64,000 bases of DNA from Bacillota bacterium. Its GTDB lineage: Bacteria; Bacteroidota; Ignavibacteria; Ignavibacteriales; SURF-24. The stretch is taken from positions 2,651-66,650 of the forward strand of contig JBLNEL010000329.1 of assembly GCA_050262615.1 (NCBI GenBank), in the 5' to 3' direction. Position numbers and translations under genes: made by a program. This document shows positions 26,631 to 36,757 of the stretch, one piece after another. How positions within the stretch are numbered: position 1 is the stretch's first letter; each line of letters starts with the position of its first letter. The notes under the pieces were generated by a model. That model had not been told where the DNA came from. It ran no database searches and saw only the letters and a list, made by a program, of their open reading frames with translations.

Positions 26631-27923
26631 ATGAATTTATTAGCAGTAAGTATTAATCATAGAACCGCGCCTGTTGAATTAAGGGAAAGTCTTCACTTAA
26701 GCCAGGATGAAATAAAGCAGATGCTGAAGGGGTTAAAAGATACGCTTTTCAGCGAAGGTTTTATTATCTCAACGTGCAACCGGACAGAGATCTATGGATT
26801 TCCGGTCAATCTACGCACCAATTTCAGGGATCTTCAGAAGTTCCTGATAGAAAACAAACATGTCGACGGCATTTCATCGGCCAACTTCCAGAACTTTTTT
26901 TCCTGCAGTGCAGTAAACCATTTATTTAAGGTAAGTGCCGGAATTGATTCGCTTTTACTTGGTGACAATCAGATCTTAGGGCAGGTAAAGGAATCTTTTC
27001 AGATTGCAGAGGATTTTGATTTTGCAGGATTTCTGATGAAGAGGGTCTTCGATTCAGCTATCAAGGTTGGAAAGCGTGCAAAAACCGAGACAGTTATAAG
27101 TGACGGAGCGATAACAGTAAGCTATGCTGCTGTTCAGCTGATTGAAAAAATATTTTCAAATCTCTCAAGAAAGTCAGCTCTGGTAATTGGGGCAGGAGAA
27201 ACCGGTGAGATTGCAGCAAAGCATCTGCATGATAAGGGCATAGGGAATCTAACAATAACAAACAGGACATTAAAAAAAGCTGAAAAGCTGGCTCAGACGG
27301 TACATGGCAGCATAATACCATATGAGTACTTTAAAGAGCAGCTTCATGATTTTGATATTGTTATAAGTGCCACAAGTGCCCCGGATCTTATACTGACATA
27401 CAGTGATGTTAAAGCGGCAATGAAAAAGCGAAGCAATTCTGCCACATGTATGATGGATATAGCTGTTCCCAGGGATATTGATCCCAAGGTGCGTGATCTG
27501 GACAATGTATTTTACCATGATATTGATTCCTTAAAGATCATAGTTGACCAGAATGTAAGGAAAAGGCAGTCGGAGGTTCCAAAGGTTCAGGCGATAATAA
27601 TGGAAGAGATGATAAATCTCTTCAGCTGGTATAACTCACTTGAAGTGACTCCGACAATAAAGCTTTTGCGTCAGCGATTTGAAGATATAAGGGCAGATGA
27701 GGTTGAAAAGCTTAAGAACAAATTCAGCAAGGAAGACATTGAAAAGCTTGATCTTGTGACGAAGAGGATCATAAATAAACTTCTGCACCAGCCCACAATG
27801 GAGTTAAAAAAGCTCTCTGAAAGCGGCACAGGTAAACAGGACTCTTCCATTAAGGTCAATGTACTAAGGAGTCTTTTTGGATTAGATGACTCATCCTCAG
27901 ACGGCAATGGTCAGGCAGAATAA
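26631..27923 (+). CDS. hemA: Glutamyl-tRNA reductase
   Basis: MNLLAVSINHRTAPVELRE, STCNRTEIY, NAD-binding VIGAGETGEIAAKHL. Confidence 0.95.
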   Translation: MNLLAVSINHRTAPVELRESLHLSQDEIKQMLKGLKDTLFSEGFIISTCNRTEIYGFPVNLRTNFRDLQKFLIENKHVDGISSANFQNFFSCSAVNHLFKVSAGIDSLLLGDNQILGQVKESFQIAEDFDFAGFLMKRVFDSAIKVGKRAKTETVISDGAITVSYAAVQLIEKIFSNLSRKSALVIGAGETGEIAAKHLHDKGIGNLTITNRTLKKAEKLAQTVHGSIIPYEYFKEQLHDFDIVISATSAPDLILTYSDVKAAMKKRSNSATCMMDIAVPRDIDPKVRDLDNVFYHDIDSLKIIVDQNVRKRQSEVPKVQAIIMEEMINLFSWYNSLEVTPTIKLLRQRFEDIRADEVEKLKNKFSKEDIEKLDLVTKRIINKLLHQPTMELKKLSESGTGKQDSSIKVNVLRSLFGLDDSSSDGNGQAE

Positions 27924-28015
27924 GGATCAGTAACTTAAAAGAAAGTAAGAGCAATTAAAATTCAGAACATCAAAAGAAATTCAGATAAAGGAATTCAATT
28001 AAACAAGAGGTTTTT

Positions 28016-28960
28016 TTGGCAAGGAAAACAACAATTGTAATAGGTTCACGCGGAAGCGAGCTTGCACTCTGGCAGTCGAACTTTATTAAAAAGGAAATCG
28101 AGAAGAAAAATAAGTCAATTGCAGTCGAGATAAAGCTTATAAAGACAAAAGGCGACAAGATACTGGATGTTGCACTTTCAAAGATTGGAGATAAGGGGCT
28201 TTTTACAAAAGAGCTGGAAGTTGAACTGCTGAATAAAAATGTGGACCTTGCCGTTCATAGTCTAAAGGATCTGCAGACAGATATACCAGAGGGGTTAAAG
28301 CTGGCTGCTGTAACCAAGCGTCATCCGGTAGAGGATGTACTGATCGGGCGTAAAAAGAAGCTGACCATTTATGATCTGAAAGAAGGTGCTACAGTTGCAA
28401 CGGGGTCATTAAGAAGAAGGTCGCAGCTTTTACACATAAGGCCGGATATTAAGATTGAAGAGTTAAGGGGGAATGTTCCAACAAGGATAAAGAGGTTTCT
28501 TGAGTCGGACTGGGATGCAATTATTCTCGCAAGGGCCGGAGTTGAAAGGCTGGGGTTAAAGAAATACATATCGTCATACATACCAACAGATGATATACTT
28601 CCGGCAGTAGGTCAGGGAGCGCTTGGGCTTGAGATACATACAGACAATAAGATGGTTGAAGAAATACTTCAGTCGGTTCATGATGAAGCCACCTATCAGG
28701 CTGCGATAGCTGAACGTGCATTCTTAAAGGCTCTTGAAGGGGGATGTCAGGTGCCGATTGGTGCATTTGCAGAAGTAAGGACAAATGGAATTTACCTTGA
28801 CGGCATTGTAGGGGCAATAGACGGGAGCATTACTTTCAGAAAGAAATTAAGAGGAAGTAAAAAAGAACCGGATAAACTAGGCAAGCAATTAGCAAAGGAA
28901 CTTAAAAAAGCCGGAGCTGATAAAGTATTAAAAGAAATTTATAAAGCAGTCAGGATATAG
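28016..28960 (+). CDS. hemC: Hydroxymethylbilane synthase (porphobilinogen deaminase)
   Basis: IGSRGSELALWQ, HSLKDL, RGNVPTRI, QGALGLE, LEGGCQVPIGA. TTG start with SD aagagg 5 nt upstream. There is no in-frame ATG alternative. Confidence 0.95.
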   Translation: MARKTTIVIGSRGSELALWQSNFIKKEIEKKNKSIAVEIKLIKTKGDKILDVALSKIGDKGLFTKELEVELLNKNVDLAVHSLKDLQTDIPEGLKLAAVTKRHPVEDVLIGRKKKLTIYDLKEGATVATGSLRRRSQLLHIRPDIKIEELRGNVPTRIKRFLESDWDAIILARAGVERLGLKKYISSYIPTDDILPAVGQGALGLEIHTDNKMVEEILQSVHDEATYQAAIAERAFLKALEGGCQVPIGAFAEVRTNGIYLDGIVGAIDGSITFRKKLRGSKKEPDKLGKQLAKELKKAGADKVLKEIYKAVRI

Positions 28961-29030
28961 TTTTTCTGTCAGGTTTTCATAATCAGAATATAGTTTTCTT
29001 AAAAAGAATCAAAATCAGAGTTTAGTCACT

Positions 29031-30431
29031 TTGCAGCTTACAAAAAAAATAGAGTTAAAGAAAAGCAGAAAAAGAGAAAAGATAATTGAAGCAGCTTCAG
29101 AGCTTTTCTCACAGAAGAATTTCCACGAAGTAATGATGGAAGATGTAGCCAGGCTTGCTTCGATTGCAAAGGGGACGCTTTATAATTATTTTAATTCGAA
29201 AGAGGACCTCTACTTCTCCATTATGGTAATAAGAATGGAGAATCTGATCAACTCTTTAAGGGAAAGAATAAAGAAAGAAATAACAGCAGTAGATTCACTT
29301 CATAGTTTTGTTATACATAACTACATGTTCATGGTTAAATACAGCTGTTTTTTTCTTATGTTTCAGCGCGACAAGCTTACAGCTGAAAACAGTATATGCG
29401 AAGAGTTCAGGCAGAAAAAGTCAGAGCTTAAAGACCTGCTAAAAAATATTGTAGTCTGCGGAAAAGAAGAAAAGCTTTTCAGGAATATTGATACAGAATT
29501 TGTATGCGACCTTGTCTTAGGAAGCATTTACGGAGCTGTTGACCGTGCAATAGACAATAAGTCAGCAGCAGAGGCTTTAGAAGATGAGCGTCAGAGTCTG
29601 TTTGATTTTATATTAAAAGGTGTTTCGAGTGAACGCTCAGATGGAAGGTTAAAAGAAGTGCTTCCGTTAAGAAACAGAAATATCGTAATTGCAAGAAGTC
29701 TGGAGGATTCAGCTGATTCGGCAGAATTGTTCAGACAAAAAGGTGCTTTTGTTATCAGTTTTCCGACTCTTGAGATCGTGCCTTCAGATTCCATAGCCGA
29801 ATTAGACACACTGCTCAATGGTAAAATAGATATAATAATCTTTACCTCTGCCAGCAGTGTAAGGATGTTCATAAAAAGAATTGCTGAGACCGGTCAGAAG
29901 GTGAGCTATGAAAAGATAAAGGTCATAGCGATAGGAAAAAAGTCAGCCTTAGTATGTGAAAAAAATGGTATTCCTGTCAGTTTTATACCAAAGGAATTTT
30001 CAGCCAGAGGGCTTATCAGCGAACTTTCATCAAATGATGTTGAAGGGAAAGTAATTTTAATTCCATCTTCGGCGATTGGAAGAGATGAACTGCCGGAAGC
30101 GTTAAAAAAGATGGGTGGAATTGTAAGAGCGCCTGTTGTATACAATGCAGTTATTCCCTCAGAAGAAGCACTTAAAAGGCCAATGGAATTATTAAAAGGT
30201 TTAAGTCCCGAGGCGTATATTTTTACAAGTCCTTCATCGTTCAGGAATTTTCTTGAAATAATGAAAATAGCTGAACCAAAAGATTACTTTAACGGAACTG
30301 CCATTGCGGCAATTGGTCCAACGACAAAGGTCGAGATAGAGGCAAGCGGATTAAGAGTTGAGATAATGCCGGAGGAATATACGATGGATGGGCTCTTAAG
30401 GGCTTCAATAAGTTTTTTTAATGAAAAATAA
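29031..30431 (+). CDS. hemD: Fusion protein: full-length TetR-family regulator (about aa 1-205) + uroporphyrinogen-III synthase (about aa 210-466)
   Basis: N-terminal half: KIIEAASELFSQKNFHEVMMEDVARLASIAKGTLYNYFNSKEDLY (TetR HTH) plus a helical ligand-binding-type region. C-terminal half: NIVIARS, IIIFTSASSV, IAIGKKSA, VYNAV, IFTSPSS, IAAIGPTT (HEM4 domain). It is one uninterrupted ORF with a TTG start. Confidence 0.85.
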   Translation: MQLTKKIELKKSRKREKIIEAASELFSQKNFHEVMMEDVARLASIAKGTLYNYFNSKEDLYFSIMVIRMENLINSLRERIKKEITAVDSLHSFVIHNYMFMVKYSCFFLMFQRDKLTAENSICEEFRQKKSELKDLLKNIVVCGKEEKLFRNIDTEFVCDLVLGSIYGAVDRAIDNKSAAEALEDERQSLFDFILKGVSSERSDGRLKEVLPLRNRNIVIARSLEDSADSAELFRQKGAFVISFPTLEIVPSDSIAELDTLLNGKIDIIIFTSASSVRMFIKRIAETGQKVSYEKIKVIAIGKKSALVCEKNGIPVSFIPKEFSARGLISELSSNDVEGKVILIPSSAIGRDELPEALKKMGGIVRAPVVYNAVIPSEEALKRPMELLKGLSPEAYIFTSPSSFRNFLEIMKIAEPKDYFNGTAIAAIGPTTKVEIEASGLRVEIMPEEYTMDGLLRASISFFNEK

Positions 30432-30505
30432 AAATTGATGAAAATTAAGTATAGAAAAACAAATTGATGAAAAAACAAATTTTGAGATAATTTAAGGAAA
30501 ATATA

Positions 30506-31555
30506 TTGAATCTGAAGAACGATCTATTTTTAAGAGCATGCAGACGTCAGGCGGTTGAAAGGACACCGGTATGGATCATGCGTCAGGCAGGAAGGTATCT
30601 GCCTGAATACAGGGCAGTAAGAGAGAAAGCTGATTTCCTTACGATGTGCAAGACTCCGGAGCTTGCCTCAGAAGTAACGCTTCAGCCGATTGACATACTT
30701 GGGACAGATGCAGCGATTATTTTTTCAGATATACTTGTAATTCCAGAAGCAATGGGGATGCATCTAGAAATGCACGAAGGAAAAGGTCCGATATTTCATA
30801 ATCCGGTAAGGTCATCAGAAGATGTAAAAAGTCTGAAAGAGATTGATCCCACGGTTGATCTAAAGTATGTTTTAGATGCAGTTGAATTAACAAAGAAAGA
30901 ATTAAACGGAAGGGTTCCCTTAATTGGTTTCAGCGGGTCGCCCTGGACGCTTTTAACATATATGGTCGAAGGCAGGGGTTCGAAGAATTTTTCCTTTGTA
31001 AAGAAGATGATATATAATGATCCTGCACTTGCGCACAGGCTGCTTGATAAAATTTCAAAAGCTGTAGCTGATTATCTTTCGGCCAAGATAGCATCAGGAG
31101 TAAATGCCATACAGATCTTTGATACATGGGGCGGAATACTTTCGCAGAAAGACTTCAGGGAATTTTCGCTTCAATACATAACAAAAGTAATTTCGGAGAT
31201 AAAGAAAAACGATGAGCCTGTAATAGTATTTGCCAAGGGAGTGCATTATAATCTTCAGGATATTATAAATTCAGGAGCTGATGTGCTTGGAATGGACTGG
31301 ACAATGGATTTAGGAGAAGTAAGAAAGCAAATTCAGGATAAAGCAGCGCTTCAGGGTAATATGGATCCATGTGTTCTTTATGCCGGTAAAGAAAACATAC
31401 GCAAAGAAGTAATAAAGGTGCTTGAGTCATACGGCAATGGAAGCGGGCATATATTTAATTTAGGGCACGGGATACTGCCGGATGTTGATCCGGAAAATGC
31501 AAAGGCGCTGGTTCAGTTTGTAAAAGAAGAAAGCAAAAAGTTTCACACGAAATAA
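30506..31555 (+). CDS. hemE: Uroporphyrinogen decarboxylase
   Basis: NDLFLRACRRQAVERTPVWIMRQAGRYLPEYR aligns residue for residue with the canonical HemE N-terminus, which forces the TTG start at 30506. Confidence 0.95.
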   Translation: MNLKNDLFLRACRRQAVERTPVWIMRQAGRYLPEYRAVREKADFLTMCKTPELASEVTLQPIDILGTDAAIIFSDILVIPEAMGMHLEMHEGKGPIFHNPVRSSEDVKSLKEIDPTVDLKYVLDAVELTKKELNGRVPLIGFSGSPWTLLTYMVEGRGSKNFSFVKKMIYNDPALAHRLLDKISKAVADYLSAKIASGVNAIQIFDTWGGILSQKDFREFSLQYITKVISEIKKNDEPVIVFAKGVHYNLQDIINSGADVLGMDWTMDLGEVRKQIQDKAALQGNMDPCVLYAGKENIRKEVIKVLESYGNGSGHIFNLGHGILPDVDPENAKALVQFVKEESKKFHTK

Positions 31556-31597
31556 TAAAAGCAGCAGACAGATTATATTTGAAAAAATTCAGGTAAA

Positions 31598-31670
31598 GAA
31601 AAAGCAAGCTCAGTAAAAAAGCAAGCTCAGAAAAAAAGCAAGCTCAGTAAAAAAGCAAGCTCAGAAAAAT
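31598..31670. repeat. 17-bp tandem repeat x4 (gcaagctcagWaaaaaa) between hemE and hemN
   Basis: The gcaagctcag cores start at 31604, 31621, 31638 and 31655. Alternating t/a makes this a 34-bp unit x2. Confidence 0.9.
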
Positions 31671-31686
31671 CCAGGAGATAAATAAA

Positions 31687-33084
31687 ATGTTTCAGATAGA
31701 TTTAGATAAAGTAAGAAAATATGATAAACCGGGGCCAAGGTACACAAGCTATCCGACGGCTCCACAGTTTAATGAAAGTTTCAGGCATGAGCAGTACCTG
31801 GATGAAATAATAAAAACAAATTACGTATCAGATCCTACAAGTGCAGTCAGCACTTTGCCTGATATTTCGTTATACTATCATATTCCCTTCTGCGACACGC
31901 TTTGTTATTTCTGCGGCTGCAATATGCTTATTACGCGCAACCGTGAAAGAGTAAAAGAATATGTGAAGTATTTAAAGAAAGAGATTGATCTTTTGCGGAC
32001 ATATATACTGCCCGATAGGAAAGTCACACAGCTGCACTGGGGCGGCGGCACACCGACGCATCTTGATCCGGATGAAATTCAGGATCTTATAAAGTACATC
32101 AGTCAATCTTTTGATTTTAAGTCAGAGATTGAAGCCGGCTGTGAGATTGATCCGCGCGGGCTTACAAGAGAGCACTTAGAAGCTCTGCGCCAAGGTGGCT
32201 TTAACAGAATAAGCATGGGAGTGCAGGACTTTAATGAAAAAGTTCAGAAGGCAGTAAACAGAATTCAGCCTGAAGATATAACGCGTCAGACTGTAAACTG
32301 GGTAAGGGAGCTTGGATTCAACAGTATAAATCTTGATCTTATGTACGGCTTGCCGTTTCAGAGTGCAGAGACATTCGGTGCTACGGTTGACAAGGTAATT
32401 GACATATCGCCCGACAGGATAGCGGTTTTTAATTATGCACATGTTCCATGGATGAAAAAGCATATGGCATTAATTCATCCTGAGGATCTTCCGGCGCCTG
32501 AAGAAAAGCTGCAGATATTAAAAATGACTGTTGAGAAGTTAACCTCAGCAGGGTATGTATTTATAGGTATGGATCACTTTGCAAAGCCTGATGATGAGCT
32601 TGCAGCGGCATTCAGGGAAAAGAAGCTTTACAGGAACTTCCAGGGCTACAGCACTAATGCAGGAGCTGATCTGTATGCAATGGGAATAACGGCAATAAGT
32701 CAGCTGCAGAGGATATATGCACAGAACTTCAAGACTGAGAAAGAATACTTTGCAGCTTTAGATGAAAACATACTGCCGGTTGCAAAAGGCTATTACTTAA
32801 ATGAAGATGACTTACTGCGCCGCAGTGTAATAATGAGGCTTATGTGCGACTTTGAGCTAAACATACCGAAGTTTGAAAAAGAGCATAACATTAATTTCAG
32901 AGAGTACTTTGCCTGGGGATTAAATAATCTTAAGCCTTTAGAAGAAGACAACCTGGTAGTGCTTACAGAAGATGATATAAAGGTAACTGAAATGGGAAGG
33001 CTTCTTGTAAGGAATATTGCGATGAACTTTGACGGATACATTGAAAGGAAGGAAGACACGGCAAGATACTCTAGAACTGTTTAA
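31687..33084 (+). CDS. hemN: Oxygen-independent coproporphyrinogen III oxidase (radical SAM)
   Basis: GPRYTSYPTAPQF, HIPFCDTLCYFCGCN (CxxxCxxC). At 465 aa it has true HemN length rather than that of HemW. Confidence 0.93.
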   Translation: MFQIDLDKVRKYDKPGPRYTSYPTAPQFNESFRHEQYLDEIIKTNYVSDPTSAVSTLPDISLYYHIPFCDTLCYFCGCNMLITRNRERVKEYVKYLKKEIDLLRTYILPDRKVTQLHWGGGTPTHLDPDEIQDLIKYISQSFDFKSEIEAGCEIDPRGLTREHLEALRQGGFNRISMGVQDFNEKVQKAVNRIQPEDITRQTVNWVRELGFNSINLDLMYGLPFQSAETFGATVDKVIDISPDRIAVFNYAHVPWMKKHMALIHPEDLPAPEEKLQILKMTVEKLTSAGYVFIGMDHFAKPDDELAAAFREKKLYRNFQGYSTNAGADLYAMGITAISQLQRIYAQNFKTEKEYFAALDENILPVAKGYYLNEDDLLRRSVIMRLMCDFELNIPKFEKEHNINFREYFAWGLNNLKPLEEDNLVVLTEDDIKVTEMGRLLVRNIAMNFDGYIERKEDTARYSRTV

Positions 33085-33115
33085 ATTATGAATTATGAAT
33101 TAAGAATTATGAATT
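33085..33115. repeat. GAATTAW heptamer array (family member A)
   Basis: attat-gaattat-gaattaa-gaattat-gaattag, starting at the base after the hemN stop codon. Confidence 0.8.
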
Positions 33116-33157
33116 AGTTGACAGGTGGATTCTTAAAAATAATTGAAAGGGCGCTGT

Positions 33158-34114
33158 ATGAATGGGACTGCTGTTGTATTGTTTAATTTGGGAGGACCGG
33201 ATTCTTTAGAGGCGGTTCAGCCATTTCTGGCTAACCTGTTTAGCGACAGGGATATTTTTAAACTGCCGTTCCAGGATTTCATGGCAAATTTCATTGCAAG
33301 GAAAAGAGCTCCGAAAGTAATAGAAGAATACAAACTAATAGGCGGCAAGTCGCCAATTGGATATTGGACAGAGATCCAAAGGAAAATGCTTGAAGAAAGG
33401 CTGCGCCGTTTTAATCCTGATATCGATGTATACACAGCCATGCGCTACTGGCATCCGCTTACAAAAGCAGTGGCAGAAGATGTTCAGAAAAGGAACTATC
33501 AGAGAATTGTTCTTCTGCCGCTCTATCCGCATTACTCAGTTTCAACCACCGGGTCATCTTTTAATGAATGGAAAAGAGAGTATAAAGGCGATCAGTCGAA
33601 ATTGCTTTATATAAACGAATACTCTACAAATGCGACCTATGTCCGTGCAATAAATCAGAGGATAGACGAGGCGTTATTAAAATTTCCGGAACAGGTACGA
33701 AGTCAGGTGCAGTTAGTATTCAGTGCCCATGGCACTCCGGTCAGTTATGTAAAAAAAGGTGATCCTTACAGCAAGCAGATAAAGCAGACAGTTTCACATA
33801 TAATGAAGCTTAGGGGTAATTCGCATGAATATCATGAATGTTACCAGAGTAAAGTTGGTCCGGTAAAGTGGCTTGAACCGGCAACAGACAAAATGATTGA
33901 GGAACTTGCATCAAAGGGGAAAAAGCACTTATTATTAATTCCAATAAGTTTTGTTTCCGATCATGTTGAAACGCTTTTTGAGCTGGGCATTGAATATAAG
34001 CATGTTGCCGACAAAGTTGGAATTGAGAACTATATAGTAATGACAGGGCTGAATGATTCGCCTCTATTTGCAGATGCTTTAAGCGAAGTAGTAAATCAGG
34101 TTTTTACAGAATAA
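33158..34114 (+). CDS. hemH: Ferrochelatase
   Basis: VVLFNLGGPDSLEAVQPFLANLFSDRDI, YWHPL, LLPLYPHYS, FSAHG. I prefer the ATG at 33158 over the ORF-track TTG at 33143. Confidence 0.93.
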   Translation: MNGTAVVLFNLGGPDSLEAVQPFLANLFSDRDIFKLPFQDFMANFIARKRAPKVIEEYKLIGGKSPIGYWTEIQRKMLEERLRRFNPDIDVYTAMRYWHPLTKAVAEDVQKRNYQRIVLLPLYPHYSVSTTGSSFNEWKREYKGDQSKLLYINEYSTNATYVRAINQRIDEALLKFPEQVRSQVQLVFSAHGTPVSYVKKGDPYSKQIKQTVSHIMKLRGNSHEYHECYQSKVGPVKWLEPATDKMIEELASKGKKHLLLIPISFVSDHVETLFELGIEYKHVADKVGIENYIVMTGLNDSPLFADALSEVVNQVFTE

Positions 34115-34187
34115 AAACAGAATTAGAAAAAAAACAAGAACACAGAGTTGTGTTTTGTTAAGAGATAAATACAGGAAAAGGAAGAGA

Positions 34188-35561
34188 ATGGCTAAAAAAA
34201 TTGTTGTACTTGGTGCAGGGATTTCCGGACTAGCTGCAGCTTACTGGCTTAAAAAAGAAGGACTCGAGGTAATTGTTCTCGAGAAAAATCCTGAAGCAGG
34301 CGGGGCAATGATCAGCAGCCATGAGAATGGATACATGGTCGATTATGGTCCAAACAGCGGGCTTGAGACCACTCCTTTGATTTCGCAGCTTGTAGAAGAA
34401 GTTGGTCTTAAAGGTCAGATGATCTATGCCAACGAGGAGGGCAACAGAAGATATATTTTAAGAGACGGAGAGCTTCATGCCCTGCCGATGAGTCCGCCTG
34501 CATTTATTAAAACAAAGCTTTTTTCGACTGGAGCCAAATTAAGGTTATTTGCAGAGCCATTTATCGGAAGGTCGGAGGACGGGTATTATCAGAGCATTTC
34601 TCAATTTGTTTCAAGGAGGCTCGGTCAGGAATTTTTAGACTATGCAATTAACCCATTTGTTGCCGGCGTATATGCCGGCAATCCGGATGAGCTGAGTGTA
34701 AAGTCGGCATTTCCGAAGCTATACAGGCTTGAGGAAAAATACGGCGGACTTATAAAGGGTATGATAAAAGGCGCAAAGGAAAGAAAGCAGCGCAACGAGG
34801 AATCGAAGCAAAGTGCAAAGATGTTCTCCTTTACAGACGGAATGCAGACATTTCCTAAGGCAATTGCCGGCAATTTAGGCGAGAGGGTTATTTTCAATGC
34901 AGAGGTTAAAAAAATAAAAAGGTCAGGGGGCTGTTACATAATAAACTACAGTCAGAACGGATCAGAGAAATTCATAGAGACTGAAGTTATAATTTCAACA
35001 CTTCCTGCGCACATAGCCTGTTACTTATTTGAAGAATTTGACGACAAGCTATATGGTCATCTGAAATCTCTATATTATCCGCCTGTAAAGGTTTTGTACC
35101 TTGGATATGAGAAGTCCTCGATCGGAAGGCCGCTTGATGGTTTTGGTTTTCTTATACCGCAAAAAGAAAAAAAGTCCTTTTTAGGGGCCATATGGAGTTC
35201 AGTAATATTTAAGAACAGGGCACCTGAAGGCATAGCGGCTTTCACCTTATTTATAGGCGGAGCGCGTTCGCCGGAGTTATTTGAAGTTGATGAAAAGCAA
35301 TTAAATCAAAAAGTCCTGAGTGAATTTCATGAAATAATGAAAATTTCAAAGCCGCCGGTCTTTAAGGCCGAAAGGATGTGGCCCAAGGCAATTCCGCAGT
35401 ACAATATCGGCTACATTGAGCATGAAAGGTATTTTGACCAATTTGAAGAAGCGCACAAAGGAATAATCTTAAGCGGAAATTTCAGAGGTGGAATTTCAGT
35501 CGGTGACTGCGTTAAAAATTCAGAAGCAGTTTATAAGAAAGCATTAGCATTGCTTTCGTAG
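34188..35561 (+). CDS. hemY: FAD-dependent protoporphyrinogen/coproporphyrinogen oxidase (HemY type)
   Basis: KIVVLGAGISGLAAAYWLKKEGLEVIVLEKNPEAGG dinucleotide fold. I prefer the ATG at 34188 (purine-rich SD) over the TTG at 34155. Confidence 0.9.
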   Translation: MAKKIVVLGAGISGLAAAYWLKKEGLEVIVLEKNPEAGGAMISSHENGYMVDYGPNSGLETTPLISQLVEEVGLKGQMIYANEEGNRRYILRDGELHALPMSPPAFIKTKLFSTGAKLRLFAEPFIGRSEDGYYQSISQFVSRRLGQEFLDYAINPFVAGVYAGNPDELSVKSAFPKLYRLEEKYGGLIKGMIKGAKERKQRNEESKQSAKMFSFTDGMQTFPKAIAGNLGERVIFNAEVKKIKRSGGCYIINYSQNGSEKFIETEVIISTLPAHIACYLFEEFDDKLYGHLKSLYYPPVKVLYLGYEKSSIGRPLDGFGFLIPQKEKKSFLGAIWSSVIFKNRAPEGIAAFTLFIGGARSPELFEVDEKQLNQKVLSEFHEIMKISKPPVFKAERMWPKAIPQYNIGYIEHERYFDQFEEAHKGIILSGNFRGGISVGDCVKNSEAVYKKALALLS

Positions 35562-35652
35562 TATAAGATTTAAGAGTGCAGAGTACACAATTACTTAAAT
35601 ATTAATTATAATAAAGATAAATTTTACATTATACATTTTAGGTGAAACAAAA

Positions 35653-36639
35653 ATGGCTAATTATCCAACAAAAAGATTAAGGCGTCTGCGTTATAATCCA
35701 GTGATCCGGGATATGATCAGGGAAACAAGTCTTGAGAAAAATGATCTGATTTATCCGCTTTTTGTCGTTCATGGCAAGAACGTTAAAAACGAGATAAAGT
35801 CAATGCCCGGGGTATATCAGTTATCGATTGATCTTCTGATCGAAGAATGCAGGGAAGTTAAATCCTTAGGTATTCCCGCGGTACTTCTTTTTGGTATTCC
35901 AGCGCACAAGGATGAAAAAGGAAGCGAGGCATATGATCCAAATGGAATTATTCAGCAGGCAGTCAGGGCAATAAAGGAAAGCGTTCCGGGACTGCTTGTT
36001 ATTACAGATGTTTGTCTATGTGAATACACTTCTCATGGGCATTGCGGGGTCTTAAACGGTGAAGAGATATTAAATGATGAGACAGTTTCGCTGCTTGCAA
36101 AAGAAGCTGTTTCGCATGCTGAAGCAGGAGCTGATATAATAGCTCCTTCAGATATGATGGACGGGCGGATTGCCTCGATCAGGAAAGCGCTTGACTATAA
36201 AGGATTCAGCAAGGTTCCAATAATGAGCTATGCAGCAAAGTATGCCTCAGGGTTTTACGGACCGTTCAGGGAGGCTGCCGAGTCGACTCCGGCCTTTGGC
36301 GACAGGCGTTCGCACCAGATGGATTCAGGAAATGCTGAAGAGGCTTTAAGGGAAGTTGAAACTGACATTGAAGAAGGTGCTGATTTTGTAATGGTGAAGC
36401 CTGCCGGGGCATATCTGGATATTATTTACCGGGTAAAGGAGAGATTCGGACTTCCGACGGCAGCTTATCAGGTAAGCGGTGAATACTCGATGATAAAGGC
36501 AGCTTCAAAGCTTGGCTGGATAGATGAAGAAAGAGTAATGGTTGAATCTGTAATGGCAATAAAGCGTGCCGGAGCAGATATCATACTTACCTATTTTGCC
36601 AAGGATATTGCAAGATACATAGATAAGGCCAGAAAATAG
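35653..36639 (+). CDS. hemB: Porphobilinogen synthase (ALA dehydratase), Zn-type
   Basis: [25 protein letters not shown], cysteine-rich Zn site [14 protein letters not shown], active-site region MVKPA. Confidence 0.95.
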   Translation: MANYPTKRLRRLRYNPVIRDMIRETSLEKNDLIYPLFVVHGKNVKNEIKSMPGVYQLSIDLLIEECREVKSLGIPAVLLFGIPAHKDEKGSEAYDPNGIIQQAVRAIKESVPGLLVITDVCLCEYTSHGHCGVLNGEEILNDETVSLLAKEAVSHAEAGADIIAPSDMMDGRIASIRKALDYKGFSKVPIMSYAAKYASGFYGPFREAAESTPAFGDRRSHQMDSGNAEEALREVETDIEEGADFVMVKPAGAYLDIIYRVKERFGLPTAAYQVSGEYSMIKAASKLGWIDEERVMVESVMAIKRAGADIILTYFAKDIARYIDKARK

Positions 36640-36719
36640 AAGCTTAAGATAATTGCAGTTAAAAGTTTCAGCTAGTGGAAAACTAAGTCCGGTAAAAGAT
36701 AAGTGCAATTTTAATAAAA

Positions 36720-36757
36720 AGCAGGGCGGAAGATAGTATTTTTCAGCCCTGCTCTTT
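36720..36757 (+). terminator. Possible terminator closing the hem cluster
   Basis: agcagggc / gccctgct stem with an 18-nt loop and a tcttt tail, about 80 nt after the hemB stop. Confidence 0.45.
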
